Shown: piece after piece, positions 18,429 to 28,036 of the stretch
Numbering within the stretch: position 1 is the first letter of the stretch
How the letters are laid out: every line of letters begins with the position of its first letter
Assembly: GCA_017517605.1 (NCBI GenBank)
Contig: JAFWYQ010000086.1
Coordinates: forward strand, 13,114-77,113
Source of the DNA: Bacteroidaceae bacterium
Lineage (GTDB): Bacteria > Bacteroidota > Bacteroidia > Bacteroidales > Bacteroidaceae
Reading direction: 5' to 3'
DNA: 64,000 nucleotides
Notes under the pieces: generated by a model
Databases searched by the model: none
What the model was told of the DNA's origin: nothing
Seen by the model: the letters and a program-made list of their open reading frames with translations, nothing else
Program-made: the position numbers and the translations under genes

Positions 18429-20278
18429 AGCTTGTCGGTTTTAGTTGTGGGATGCGAGAATACGAAACGTGCCCCTTTGGTGTAGGAGGAGTCAATCCAG
18501 ATGTCGCCACCCAATCGTTGGATAATGGATTGGCAGATGGAGAGGCCAAGACCTGTGCCACTGACTTCTTCGTTCAATTTTTCGAAGCGCGAGAATACGC
18601 TTTTCTGCTTTTCCAACGGGATGCCACACCCCGTGTCGGTAACGGCAAACAGGGCATTTTCTCCTTGTTTGTCCAAGGCTATAGAGAGGGTGATGCTGCC
18701 CTCTTTGGTAAACTTTGTGGCGTTGATGAGCAGGTTTATCAGCAACTGGCGCAGACGGTTCTCATCGGTATATAGAGTCAGTTCGGACACTTCCGTCTCA
18801 AACAGGATGCTGGCATTGCTTGAGTGCTTGATGTTTTGAAACATGTTGGTAATGGAGCGTCCGATGGCTACCACGTCGTGATGGTTGAGGCTGAAACTCA
18901 TTTTCTCAATGTCGAGGTTCGAGAGGTCGAGTACGTCGTTCAGCAACTTCAGTAGCAACATCGAGTTTTCGCGAATGATGTTGTTGCACTCTGTGCGCAT
19001 CTCTTTCTCCATGTCGGGTTGCGAGATGAGGATTTCCGAAAATCCCGAGATGGCGTTCAAAGGCGTACGTATCTCGTGACTCATGTTCGAGAGGAAGACA
19101 CTTTTGGCTTGTATGCTTTCGTTGACTTTCCTGTGTGCTTCTTTCAGTTGCAGGTTGGAGCGTTTCACTTTGCGGTTCAGGTGTCGCAAGAAGATGATGA
19201 TGCCTGCAATCAGTAACAATGCGGCAAGTCCTCCAAGGAAGGCGATGCGCAGCAGGGTGTGGCGCTTCTTCCATAGTTGGTATTCTTGGTCTTCAAGTTG
19301 TTGCTCCTCTTTTAGCATCACCTCTTCGCGGTTCATGCTGACTTTTGTCAACGAGTCTCTCAAGTGTACGGCCCGTTGGTAGAAGGGTAGGGCTTCAGCC
19401 AGGTCGCCAGACTCTTCAAAAATTTTTCCTGCCCGTGCGTAGGCGTTCTGCTCCCAATGACGGTTTTTGAATTTCAGACATTCGTTGATGTAGGCTATAG
19501 CATGGTGCTCTGCCTCGTCGTATTCCTTGAGTATATGGTGGTAGTTTCGTCGCAACAGGTGGTGAATCAATTCGTAACCGTCGAAGGATTTCAAGGATTC
19601 GTTTGCCTCAAAGTCGAGCATCAGCTTCTGCCCGTATTCGATGTCTCCCGAGTAGATGTGTGCCAATGCTTTCCATGCCGCATACCGTAGCTGGATGTTG
19701 TGGGGTAGGGTGTGCAATCCCTTTTCGGCATTCAGGCGCTCAATCTTGTCGATTCTCAGCATGGCTTGGTTGTAGCTTTGCTGGATGACATTCAATTCCA
19801 ACAGGTGCAGGTGCATCCGTGTGTGCAATGTCCGTTGTTCGGGCAGGCGGTCGAGAGCTTCCAACAGGCGTTGGCGGGCTTTGGCGAAGAGGTTCAGCTC
19901 GATGTCGATGTTGGAGAGGGTCAGGAAGTAGATTCCTTGGCTGAATTCGCAATCGGATATTTCAATCAGCTTGCGTGCTTCGTTGAAGGCCAATGCATTG
20001 TGTCCGGCCATGGTCTGGAGGTCGGCCATGATGTGGCGCAGCATCACCTCGCTTGAGTGGTCGCCCTCCTTGGCGCAAATTTGTGCAATGCTGTCAAATT
20101 CATCGAACAAATCCGCGAGGCTTTTCTCTTTGGGGAAGAAGTAGAGGCTATCGTCCAATTCAATCAACCGTTCGGTCATGGAGGTGATTTCGTGGCTCTT
20201 ATGGTCACAAGATCCCCATGCTGTACAGAGGGTGAACAGCAACATGAATCGTGTCAAGTGTGTTAGTAATTTTTCCAT
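18425..20278 (-). CDS. Sensor histidine kinase with TPR-like periplasmic domain
   Basis: SHEIRTPLN H-box, NLLINATKF N-box, DTGCGI, GTGLGLSI; helical periplasmic region and a single TM. Confidence 0.93.
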   Translation of the reverse strand: MEKLLTHLTRFMLLFTLCTAWGSCDHKSHEITSMTERLIELDDSLYFFPKEKSLADLFDEFDSIAQICAKEGDHSSEVMLRHIMADLQTMAGHNALAFNEARKLIEISDCEFSQGIYFLTLSNIDIELNLFAKARQRLLEALDRLPEQRTLHTRMHLHLLELNVIQQSYNQAMLRIDKIERLNAEKGLHTLPHNIQLRYAAWKALAHIYSGDIEYGQKLMLDFEANESLKSFDGYELIHHLLRRNYHHILKEYDEAEHHAIAYINECLKFKNRHWEQNAYARAGKIFEESGDLAEALPFYQRAVHLRDSLTKVSMNREEVMLKEEQQLEDQEYQLWKKRHTLLRIAFLGGLAALLLIAGIIIFLRHLNRKVKRSNLQLKEAHRKVNESIQAKSVFLSNMSHEIRTPLNAISGFSEILISQPDMEKEMRTECNNIIRENSMLLLKLLNDVLDLSNLDIEKMSFSLNHHDVVAIGRSITNMFQNIKHSSNASILFETEVSELTLYTDENRLRQLLINLLINATKFTKEGSITLSIALDKQGENALFAVTDTGCGIPLEKQKSVFSRFEKLNEEVSGTGLGLSICQSIIQRLGGDIWIDSSYTKGARFVFSHPTTKTDKL

Positions 20279-20320
20279 TAGGCCACAAAGTTACGGATTT
20301 TCTTGATACGGTGGCTCGTT

Positions 20321-21985
20321 TTAGAGCGAATCTTTACAATTCTTTTCGACTTTTTGGGCGAAATCTTCTACCAATGTGCTATTCATGTCGCCCAAAGCAA
20401 GTTCTTTGCGTGCATCGGCGATGAGCAGAGCCTTCCATTCTTCAAGTGCTTTTTCCCCTTCTTGGCGGAGTGCTCCACTGGTGAAAGCCTCACCATACCG
20501 ATGAGCCAACATGGCGGCTCCCCATTGTTGCGATTGGGTGGCGTAAAGGGCGTTGACCTTATCCCAAGGCTGAGCCTCCCTTAGCCCTGGGTTAAGGTAC
20601 CCATAGCTCTGGGTTAACAGTTCTTCAACCATAGGCAGGCCGGCCACGTCTGTCCAGTGCCACTCGCGTGCTTCGTCGTGAATGGCTTGGTCAGGTGCAA
20701 TCTTGGTGGCATATAGCCGGATGGCCAACCGATAGCGGTCGAGTCCTTTCAGCAGCGCACTTCGGCGGATAAAGGTTCCGTTGTAGGGGTATTCCTCCAC
20801 CTCGGTGCCGAACGTCTGTTGCAAAGCCTCCAAGGTGTCGATTCCCTTGAACACGCTCTGCATCACGAAGGGAGAGAGGAAATCGTATTCGCCCGTGTAA
20901 GGAGAGCTTCCGCGTTGCTTCCATTTGAGTACGTCGCGGAAGGTGCCTGCCGTGCCTAAATTCATGCCCGGTGCGACAAAAACTTTTTCCCCGTCGGCAA
21001 TAATATAGGAGAAGGGCAATGCCGACAGGTCGGGGTGTGTCTTCACCTTGCCCATCACCATGCAGAAGGGGGCCGTCTGCATCGGCCACAAGATGTGGCT
21101 TCCAGAGGCCGTCTTCGAGCCTCGTGCCAAGGTGCCATGGTGTACGGGTCCCAATTTGTAGGCATGGTTGCTCTGATTGGTGTTCGACCCTGCATTGTAA
21201 AACGAGAACTCTCCGCCAATGAGTAGTGTCGATTTGTGGTGACTCACCGTGTGTGGCCCTCCGAATACGGCGCAAGCCTCGCCACAGAAGAGTTCGCTAT
21301 GGTGTCCGAAGTAGCAGTTTTCGGCCATGAATCCCTTGCCTATCTTGCAATCGTGGGTGGTGATGACGTGGTAGAGTTTCGCTCCGTCGGTCACCTTGGT
21401 GCGGGGGCCTATGACGAACTTGTGTGCAATCACTTGGGTGCCTACATAAGCGCCTTCCAACAAGAATCCGTCCTCCAGGTGTGCGGCTCCTTCGATGCGG
21501 ACATCTGCCTTCAAAGAGAGGTTGTGCAACGTGCCGCAATTCTTGATTCGGCATCTGGCATTTATCTCTCCCATAGGAGTGCCTTCAGTGGGTGCAATCT
21601 CTTCAGCGTGAGGATATTGTGGGTAGTGCGCATTCAGCCAGTCCAATTGCTCGTTGGGATGGGTGGTAAAGCGTATGTTTGGTTCACCCGCTTCGTTGCC
21701 CACGGTGACTCCGTCCTTGCGCAATTCGGTGATAATCCACTTGTCGCACGTGAGTTCGTTCACGCGGCAGATGGTCACATCATCGCCGATGGCGATGTTC
21801 TTTATAAGGCCCACGTGGCTTATGCTTACCCCTTCGCCAATCTCTATGTTTCCTTCAAAATTTGTGTGGCGTAAGTCGTTGGCCTTGAAGTTCGGGTGTA
21901 CGAGGATGTTTTTCCAATTCTCGGCCGAGCATCCCTGATGCTCAAGTTGCTTGATTTCTTCGGTGGTCAGTTGTCTTTTCATCAT
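20321..21985 (-). CDS. DUF4954 family protein (beta-helix)
   Basis: RQLTTEEIKQLEHQGCSAENW N-terminus; GEACAVFGGPHTVSHHKSTLLIGG, NAGSNTNQSNHAYKLGP; next to hflX. Confidence 0.8.
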   Translation of the reverse strand: MMKRQLTTEEIKQLEHQGCSAENWKNILVHPNFKANDLRHTNFEGNIEIGEGVSISHVGLIKNIAIGDDVTICRVNELTCDKWIITELRKDGVTVGNEAGEPNIRFTTHPNEQLDWLNAHYPQYPHAEEIAPTEGTPMGEINARCRIKNCGTLHNLSLKADVRIEGAAHLEDGFLLEGAYVGTQVIAHKFVIGPRTKVTDGAKLYHVITTHDCKIGKGFMAENCYFGHHSELFCGEACAVFGGPHTVSHHKSTLLIGGEFSFYNAGSNTNQSNHAYKLGPVHHGTLARGSKTASGSHILWPMQTAPFCMVMGKVKTHPDLSALPFSYIIADGEKVFVAPGMNLGTAGTFRDVLKWKQRGSSPYTGEYDFLSPFVMQSVFKGIDTLEALQQTFGTEVEEYPYNGTFIRRSALLKGLDRYRLAIRLYATKIAPDQAIHDEAREWHWTDVAGLPMVEELLTQSYGYLNPGLREAQPWDKVNALYATQSQQWGAAMLAHRYGEAFTSGALRQEGEKALEEWKALLIADARKELALGDMNSTLVEDFAQKVEKNCKDSL

Positions 21986-21999
21986 GTATCTCTTTTTTG

Positions 22000-22074
22000 A
22001 ACACAGAGACACGGAGACACAGAGATGTTTTTCCCCAAGATAAAGAATACTCTGTGTCTTTGTGCCTCTGTGTT
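22000..22074. repeat. MITE/REP-like inverted repeat, family A (AACACAGAGACAC)
   Basis: AACACAGAGACACGGAGACACAGAG ... CTCTGTGTCTTTGTGCCTCTGTGTT. Confidence 0.85.
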
Positions 22075-22086
22075 TTGAAATCCTTT

Positions 22087-23343
22087 TTATTGTTCTTCTG
22101 TATCGTATGTCTGGTAAAGGAAGTCGTTGTAGGGGTACTTCTGTACGTGCAGCTCCCTTACCTTATTATATATAATGGTTTTCAATTCTTCCAGGTTCGT
22201 TTTCTCCCGTGCGGAGATGAAGATGCAGTCGCCATTCATCTTGGCCATCCACGTGTTCATCAGTTCGGGCAGGGTGATGTTCTCCTTGGTGCGTGGTGTC
22301 AGATCGTCCTCGTCCTTCTCCACGTAGGTGTAGGCATCTATCTTGTTGAAGATGATCATGCTCGGCTTGTCGCTACATCCAAGGTCGCCCAGTGTGCGCT
22401 CCACCACCTGTATCTGCTCCTCAAAGTCGGGGTGCGAGATGTCCACCACGTGCAGGAGCAAGTCGGCCTCGCGCACCTCGTCGAGTGTGCTTTTGAACGA
22501 CTCCACCAACTCTGTGGGCAACTTGCGGATGAATCCTACCGTGTCGCTCAACAGGAAGGGAAGGTTGTCGATAATCACCTTGCGCACCGTGGTGTCCAGT
22601 GTGGCAAACAATTTGTTTTCGGCAAACACCTCGCTCTTGGCAAGGAGGTTCATCAGCGTCGATTTGCCCACGTTGGTGTATCCCACCAGTGCCACGCGGA
22701 TGAGGCGTCCGCGGTTCTTGCGTTGCGTAGTCTTCTGCTTGTCAATCTCCGCCAGTTGTTGTTTGAGCAACGACATGCGGTTCAAGATGATACGGCGGTC
22801 CATCTCCAACTGCGTTTCACCAGGGCCACGCAAACCTACTGAGCCACCCTTACCGCTACCCGAGCCACCACCTTGGCGCTCGAGGTGTGTCCACAAGCGT
22901 TGCAGACGGGGGAGCATATAGCGGTTTTGAGCCAGCTCCACCTGAGTCTTGGCATGAGCCGTCTGGGCACGCATGGCAAAGATGTCGAGGATGAGCGAGG
23001 TGCGGTCGAGAATCTTTATCTGCAACTCCTTCTCGATGTTGCGCATCTGCTTGGCCGACAATTCATCGTCGAAGATGACCATGCCCACCTCGCGATCCTC
23101 TTCCGCTTCGCGTCGGATATATTCCTTTATCTCTTGTAGTTTTCCCTTTCCGATGTAGGTCACCGAGCTGGCACCATCCAGTCGTTGGGTGAATCGTTTC
23201 ACCGTCTTGGCACCGGCCGTTTCGGCCAGAAACTCCAGTTCGTCCAAGTACTCATTAGTTTTCCGCTCATTCTGTTGCGGAGTGATGATGGCCACCAGTA
23301 CGGCCGTTTCGGTTTGGGCTTCAGATATTACAAATTCTTTCAT
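22087..23343 (-). CDS. hflX: GTPase HflX
   Basis: IFDDELS, ILDIFAMRA, GPGETQLEMDRR, GYTNVGKS, DTVG, NKID. Confidence 0.97.
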   Translation of the reverse strand: MKEFVISEAQTETAVLVAIITPQQNERKTNEYLDELEFLAETAGAKTVKRFTQRLDGASSVTYIGKGKLQEIKEYIRREAEEDREVGMVIFDDELSAKQMRNIEKELQIKILDRTSLILDIFAMRAQTAHAKTQVELAQNRYMLPRLQRLWTHLERQGGGSGSGKGGSVGLRGPGETQLEMDRRIILNRMSLLKQQLAEIDKQKTTQRKNRGRLIRVALVGYTNVGKSTLMNLLAKSEVFAENKLFATLDTTVRKVIIDNLPFLLSDTVGFIRKLPTELVESFKSTLDEVREADLLLHVVDISHPDFEEQIQVVERTLGDLGCSDKPSMIIFNKIDAYTYVEKDEDDLTPRTKENITLPELMNTWMAKMNGDCIFISAREKTNLEELKTIIYNKVRELHVQKYPYNDFLYQTYDTEEQ

Positions 23344-23360
23344 CTACGTCAATTTATGGT

Positions 23361-23498
23361 GCAAAGATAGTGCAAGGCGAGAGAAGAACAAAATAAACTC
23401 GTTTATTTTTTATTTTTCGCTATCGCTCAACAACACGTCCGAGCTGCCGCCTATCTTCGCGAAGCAAAGTGTGCAAGGCGAGAGAAGAACAAAATAAA
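23361..23498. repeat. Intergenic element with a 28-bp perfect direct repeat (101-bp period)
   Basis: GTGCAAGGCGAGAGAAGAACAAAATAAA at 23370-23397 and 23471-23498. Confidence 0.85.
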
Positions 23499-23572
23499 TC
23501 GCTTATTTTTCAAAAACATTCCCATTTTTTTACTTAATCGGCTAAAATGGTGTATCTTTGTGCGCAACTAAT

Positions 23573-23611
23573 CTAGAAACTCTAGACAATCTAGGAAGTC
23601 TAGTAGCTCTA
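23573..23611. repeat. 9-mer CTAG tandem array
   Basis: TCTAGAAAC TCTAGACAA TCTAGGAAG TCTAGTAGC TCTAG in the GH106 5' UTR, downstream of TATCTTTG (23553). Confidence 0.7.
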
Positions 23612-23651
23612 GCCAAATAAAAATGAAAACAATGTAATTAAACAATCCAAT

Positions 23652-26462
23652 ATGAGAAAAAGCAATCTTTTGATGAACGGCCTGCTGCTGGCATTCGCCA
23701 CTATGGCACAGGCACAGGCTCCCACGGAGTGGCCCGTGGTGGAGACCGAGGCACGCCCCGCCGCACGTTGGTGGTGGATGGGAAGTGCAGTAGATAAGGA
23801 AGGACTGACACACAACCTCGAAGCGTATGCCGAAAAGGGTATGGGTACGGTAGAGATTACCCCCATCTACGGGGTGATTGGCAACGAGGCTAACGACATC
23901 GACTACCTTACTCCGAAATGGATGGATATGCTGAAGCACACCATGAGCGAAGCTGAGCGTTTAGGAATGAACATTGACATGAACAACGGTACAGGATGGC
24001 CCTTCGGAGGTCCTGAGGTGACTATCGAGGATGCCGCTACACGTGCCCTGTTCTATACCTATAAGGTTGAGGGTGGAAAGCAACTGGCCGAACCTGTGGT
24101 AGTAAAGGACAACAAGCAGAAGGATGTGGCTACGCTGGGTCGCCTGATGGCCTACGGTCCTGATGGCAAGATTGTGAACCTGACCAAGAAAGTGGGTGCT
24201 GATGGCAAACTCAGCTGGACGGCTCCTGCTGGCGGTGAGTGGAAACTTATTGCCCAGTTCACTGGCAAGACCCTGCAGAAGGTGAAGCGTGCTGCCCCTG
24301 GTGGCGAAGGTTACGTGATGGACCACCTTGACAAGGGAGCGGTGAAGCGTTACTTGGCCAAGTTTGACAAGGCTTTCAAAGCAAATGGTTTGACACAAAT
24401 ACCGAACAACTTCTTCAACGACTCGTACGAGGTATACAATGCCGACTGGACTCCCACCTTGCTGGCCGAGTTTGCCAAGCGTCGTGGCTATCGGTTGGAG
24501 GATCATTTCCCTGAGTTCCTCGACGAGGCCAAGGGTGCCGCCCGTACCGATGCCACTGCCCGCGTGGTGAGCGACTATCGCGAGACAATGGCCGAATTGC
24601 TCTACGAGAACTTTACCTTGCAATGGACCAATTGGGCACACAAGCATGGTAGCCTCACACGCAATCAGGCACACGGTTCGCCAGGTAACTTGATCGACCT
24701 CTACGCCACGGTGGATATTCCCGAGTGCGAGGGATTCGGACTCTCGGAGTTCGGCATCAAGGGGTTGCGTCAGGACACCATCACCCGCGAGAACGACTCC
24801 GACATGTCGATGCTCAAGTATGCCTCTTCGGGTGCTCACTTGACAGGTAAGAAGTATGTCTCTTCCGAGACCTTCACGTGGTTGACCGACCACTTCCGCA
24901 CTTCGCTCTCGCAGTGCAAGCCCGACATCGACTTGATGTTCCTCTCGGGTGTGAACCACACCTTCTTCCACGGCGCCACCTACACACCGAAGGGTGAGGC
25001 CTGGCCGGGATGGAAGTTCTATGCCTCGGTGGACATGACTCCCACCAACACCATCTGGCGCGATGCGGATGCCTTCTTCGAGTACATCGGCCGTTGCCAG
25101 TCATTCCTGCAGATGGGACAGCCCGACAACGATTTCCTTGTCTACCTGCCCGTGTATGATATGTGGAACGAGCAGCCCGGACGTATGCTTGCCTTTGACA
25201 TCCACGGTATGCAGGAGCGTGCGCCCAAGTTCATCGAGACAGTGAACAGCATCATGAAGGCCGGCTACGATGTGGACTACATCAGCGACAACTTCATCCG
25301 CTCGACCCGCTGCGAGGGTGGTCTGCTGAAGACCGAGGGTGGTACCAAGTATAAGGCTATCATCATCCCCGCCGTGAAGCGTATGCCAGCCGACATCCTG
25401 CAAAAACTCATCACGCTGGCCGAACAGGGAGCCGAGGTAGTCTTCGTGGGTAACTATCCCGAAAGCGTGCCCGGCTATGGCAACCTGGCCAAGCGCGAGG
25501 CACAGTTCAACAAGCAATTGGCCCGCCTGCCCAAGGCCGACTTTGGCAAGGTGGAGGCTCAGGCTGTTGGCAAGGGTAAGGTGATTACCGGAAACGACTA
25601 TGCCCAGACCCTCACCGCCACTGGTGTGCAGGCTGAGGAGATCAAAACCAAATACGGTGTGCAGTACATCCGCCGCACCAACGACAAGGGACACCACTAC
25701 TTCATCTCTTCCCTCCAACCTACAGGCATGGACGGATGGGCCACATTGGCCGTACCGGCTAAGTCGGTCCTCCTCTTCAACCCCATGAACGGCGAGGTGG
25801 GCAAGGCTGAGACCCGCACCGTGAATGGACAGACACAGGTGCGCTTGCAGTTGGCTTCGGGCGAAAGCATGATTCTGAAGGTGTTTGCCAGCGAGGATGT
25901 AGAGGCCAAGGCATGGGCTTACTACACTCCGCAAACGGTCAGCCTGAGCATCGATGGCGGTTGGACACTCAGCTTCCCCAAGAGCGAACCCGCCATTGAG
26001 GGTACGTTCAACATCGGCACCCTCGGTTCGTGGACAGAGTTGGATGTGGAAAATCTTTCAGCATCTCAACGCTTCAACCTCTCAACCAATATGGGTACTG
26101 GTCTCTATCGTGTGGAGTTTGAACTCCCGAACATGACACCTGCCAATTGGATGCTCGACCTCGGCGACGTGCGCGAGAGTGCCTGTGTCCGCATCAACGG
26201 TCAGGAGGTGGGCACGCTGTATGCCGTACCCTTCCGCACCGTAGTGGGTCAGTACCTCAAGCCCGGCAAGAACATTCTCGAGGTGGAGGTGACCAACCTG
26301 CCTGCCAACCGCATTGCCGAGTACGACCGCCAAGGCATCCAATGGCGCAAGTTCAAGGACATCAACGTGGTGGGTATTAACTACACAAAGGGAACATACG
26401 CCCACTGGTTCACGGTTCCCAGCGGATTACTTGGCCCCGTCAGACTGATTCCGTTGAAATGA
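23652..26462 (+). CDS. GH106 alpha-L-rhamnosidase
   Basis: Signal peptide; RWWWMGS, EITPIYG, GTGWPFGGP, FFNDSYE, RNQAHGSPG, SETFTW; C-terminal LDLGDV...PSGLLGPV. Confidence 0.9.
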   Translation: MRKSNLLMNGLLLAFATMAQAQAPTEWPVVETEARPAARWWWMGSAVDKEGLTHNLEAYAEKGMGTVEITPIYGVIGNEANDIDYLTPKWMDMLKHTMSEAERLGMNIDMNNGTGWPFGGPEVTIEDAATRALFYTYKVEGGKQLAEPVVVKDNKQKDVATLGRLMAYGPDGKIVNLTKKVGADGKLSWTAPAGGEWKLIAQFTGKTLQKVKRAAPGGEGYVMDHLDKGAVKRYLAKFDKAFKANGLTQIPNNFFNDSYEVYNADWTPTLLAEFAKRRGYRLEDHFPEFLDEAKGAARTDATARVVSDYRETMAELLYENFTLQWTNWAHKHGSLTRNQAHGSPGNLIDLYATVDIPECEGFGLSEFGIKGLRQDTITRENDSDMSMLKYASSGAHLTGKKYVSSETFTWLTDHFRTSLSQCKPDIDLMFLSGVNHTFFHGATYTPKGEAWPGWKFYASVDMTPTNTIWRDADAFFEYIGRCQSFLQMGQPDNDFLVYLPVYDMWNEQPGRMLAFDIHGMQERAPKFIETVNSIMKAGYDVDYISDNFIRSTRCEGGLLKTEGGTKYKAIIIPAVKRMPADILQKLITLAEQGAEVVFVGNYPESVPGYGNLAKREAQFNKQLARLPKADFGKVEAQAVGKGKVITGNDYAQTLTATGVQAEEIKTKYGVQYIRRTNDKGHHYFISSLQPTGMDGWATLAVPAKSVLLFNPMNGEVGKAETRTVNGQTQVRLQLASGESMILKVFASEDVEAKAWAYYTPQTVSLSIDGGWTLSFPKSEPAIEGTFNIGTLGSWTELDVENLSASQRFNLSTNMGTGLYRVEFELPNMTPANWMLDLGDVRESACVRINGQEVGTLYAVPFRTVVGQYLKPGKNILEVEVTNLPANRIAEYDRQGIQWRKFKDINVVGINYTKGTYAHWFTVPSGLLGPVRLIPLK

Positions 26463-26643
26463 CAAACTTTGTGTGATTCTTCTAAGAAGTTAGAGGAGTA
26501 AAGGAGTTAGCGGCTCTAAAGAGCCTAGGATTTATCGCAAGCAGAGCTTGCTGGCCAATAGATTACACTATGGCAAGTCTACATTTGGCTTTAACTCTTG
26601 AAAGTTGATCTTGCGAAACTTACATATTAAATCATATAGAAAC

Positions 26644-27150
26644 ATGAAAAAGTTATTATCAGTAGCCATGCTCCTCCTCTTTGTGTTGGGCATGAAGGCG
26701 CAGAGCGAAACTCCCCAGTTGGAGTTTGTAGTAGAGTTGAAAGTGAAGTGTGAAGGTGCTTACCAAGTAGGAAAGACCTCGCACGGCAACCGTATGGTGA
26801 TTCCTATCGTGGGCGGTACGTTCGAGGGGCCCAAGATGAAGGGAACCGTCCTTCCCGGCGGTGCCGACTACCAGTTACAGGATCAGGCAACCGGACGCAC
26901 CGAGATTGAAGCCATCTATAGCATCAAGACCGACGACGGTGTGAACATCCACATTCGTAACTGTGGCTTGATCTACACTGGAAAAGGCGCTGACGGAAAT
27001 CCGCAGTTCTATTTCCGCACCACACCCAAGTTCGAGGCTCCGCAGGACAGCAAGTATGCGTGGCTGAACAATGCCATCTTTGTCTGCCAACCCAGTTTCG
27101 GTGGCGGTAACGACGGCACTATCAGCCTCAAGGTGTGGATGGTGAAGTAA
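26644..27150 (+). CDS. DUF3237 domain-containing exported protein
   Basis: IPIVGGTFEGP, GGADYQ, YSIKTDDG, YFRTTPKFEAP, YAWLN. Confidence 0.85.
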   Translation: MKKLLSVAMLLLFVLGMKAQSETPQLEFVVELKVKCEGAYQVGKTSHGNRMVIPIVGGTFEGPKMKGTVLPGGADYQLQDQATGRTEIEAIYSIKTDDGVNIHIRNCGLIYTGKGADGNPQFYFRTTPKFEAPQDSKYAWLNNAIFVCQPSFGGGNDGTISLKVWMVK

Positions 27151-27163
27151 ACACACTCGATTT

Positions 27164-27949
27164 ATGCAAGGATTAAAACAATATGGTGCGCTTCTGTTGG
27201 CCGTGGTGTTGTTCGCCTCGTGCCACACACAGCGCACCATTTTTATGGCAGGCGACTCCACCTCGGAGTATGCCACGCAGGAGAAGAAAGGCTACATCCG
27301 CGGATGGGCACAGATGCTTCCGCAGTTCCTCAACGACGACGTGAAGATGGACATCCGTTCCCGGGGCGGTCGCAGCACCAAGAGTTTCATTGCCGAAGGC
27401 ATTTGGGACAAGTTGATTGCTGATGTGAAGAAGGGCGACTACGTCTTTATCCAGTTTGGCCACAACGATGCGTCGAAGAAACCCGAGCGCCATGCCTCGT
27501 ATGCCGACTACCGTGCCAACCTTATACGCATGATCAACGATGTGCGTGCCAAGGGAGCCACCCCCGTGCTGCTTACCTCCATGGTGCAGCGCACCTTCAA
27601 GGACCGTTTGCTGGTGGACGACCGTCTGAAGGGTTATCCGGGCATCATGCGCCGGTTGGCCAAGGAGATGGACGTGCTACTGATTGACTGTCACCAGAAG
27701 ACACGCGACTTTGTGGTGACCATTGGCGATGAGGCCTCGATTCCTTATTACCGTTACCTTGGACCAGGCATCGATCCTTTCAAGCCCGACGGCATTGCCG
27801 ACGACACCCACATGATGGAGAAAGGTGCCCGCCGCGTAGCCGCCTTTGTGGCCGAAGGAATGTTGGAATTGGATAACCGCTTGAGCAAATACGTAGTCGA
27901 AGAAAAGGTGCTCGAAGAGTTGGGCGATGTCTATAGTAAATTCGAATAA
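27164..27949 (+). CDS. Rhamnogalacturonan acetylesterase (CE12, SGNH) lipoprotein
   Basis: LFASC lipobox; GDST, GRSTKSF, IQFGHND, DDTH. Confidence 0.9.
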   Translation: MQGLKQYGALLLAVVLFASCHTQRTIFMAGDSTSEYATQEKKGYIRGWAQMLPQFLNDDVKMDIRSRGGRSTKSFIAEGIWDKLIADVKKGDYVFIQFGHNDASKKPERHASYADYRANLIRMINDVRAKGATPVLLTSMVQRTFKDRLLVDDRLKGYPGIMRRLAKEMDVLLIDCHQKTRDFVVTIGDEASIPYYRYLGPGIDPFKPDGIADDTHMMEKGARRVAAFVAEGMLELDNRLSKYVVEEKVLEELGDVYSKFE

Positions 27950-27967
27950 GAAGTATAGTATTCAAAC

Positions 27968-28021
27968 CAAAGAACGGGTACGGATTTTTCTCATTCAGGC
28001 AATATCCGTACCCGTTCTTTG
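27968..28021. terminator. Bidirectional terminator hairpin
   Basis: 18-bp perfect stem CAAAGAACGGGTACGGAT/ATCCGTACCCGTTCTTTG between convergent genes. Confidence 0.85.
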
Positions 28022-28036
28022 ATTGTGAGCAGGGAA

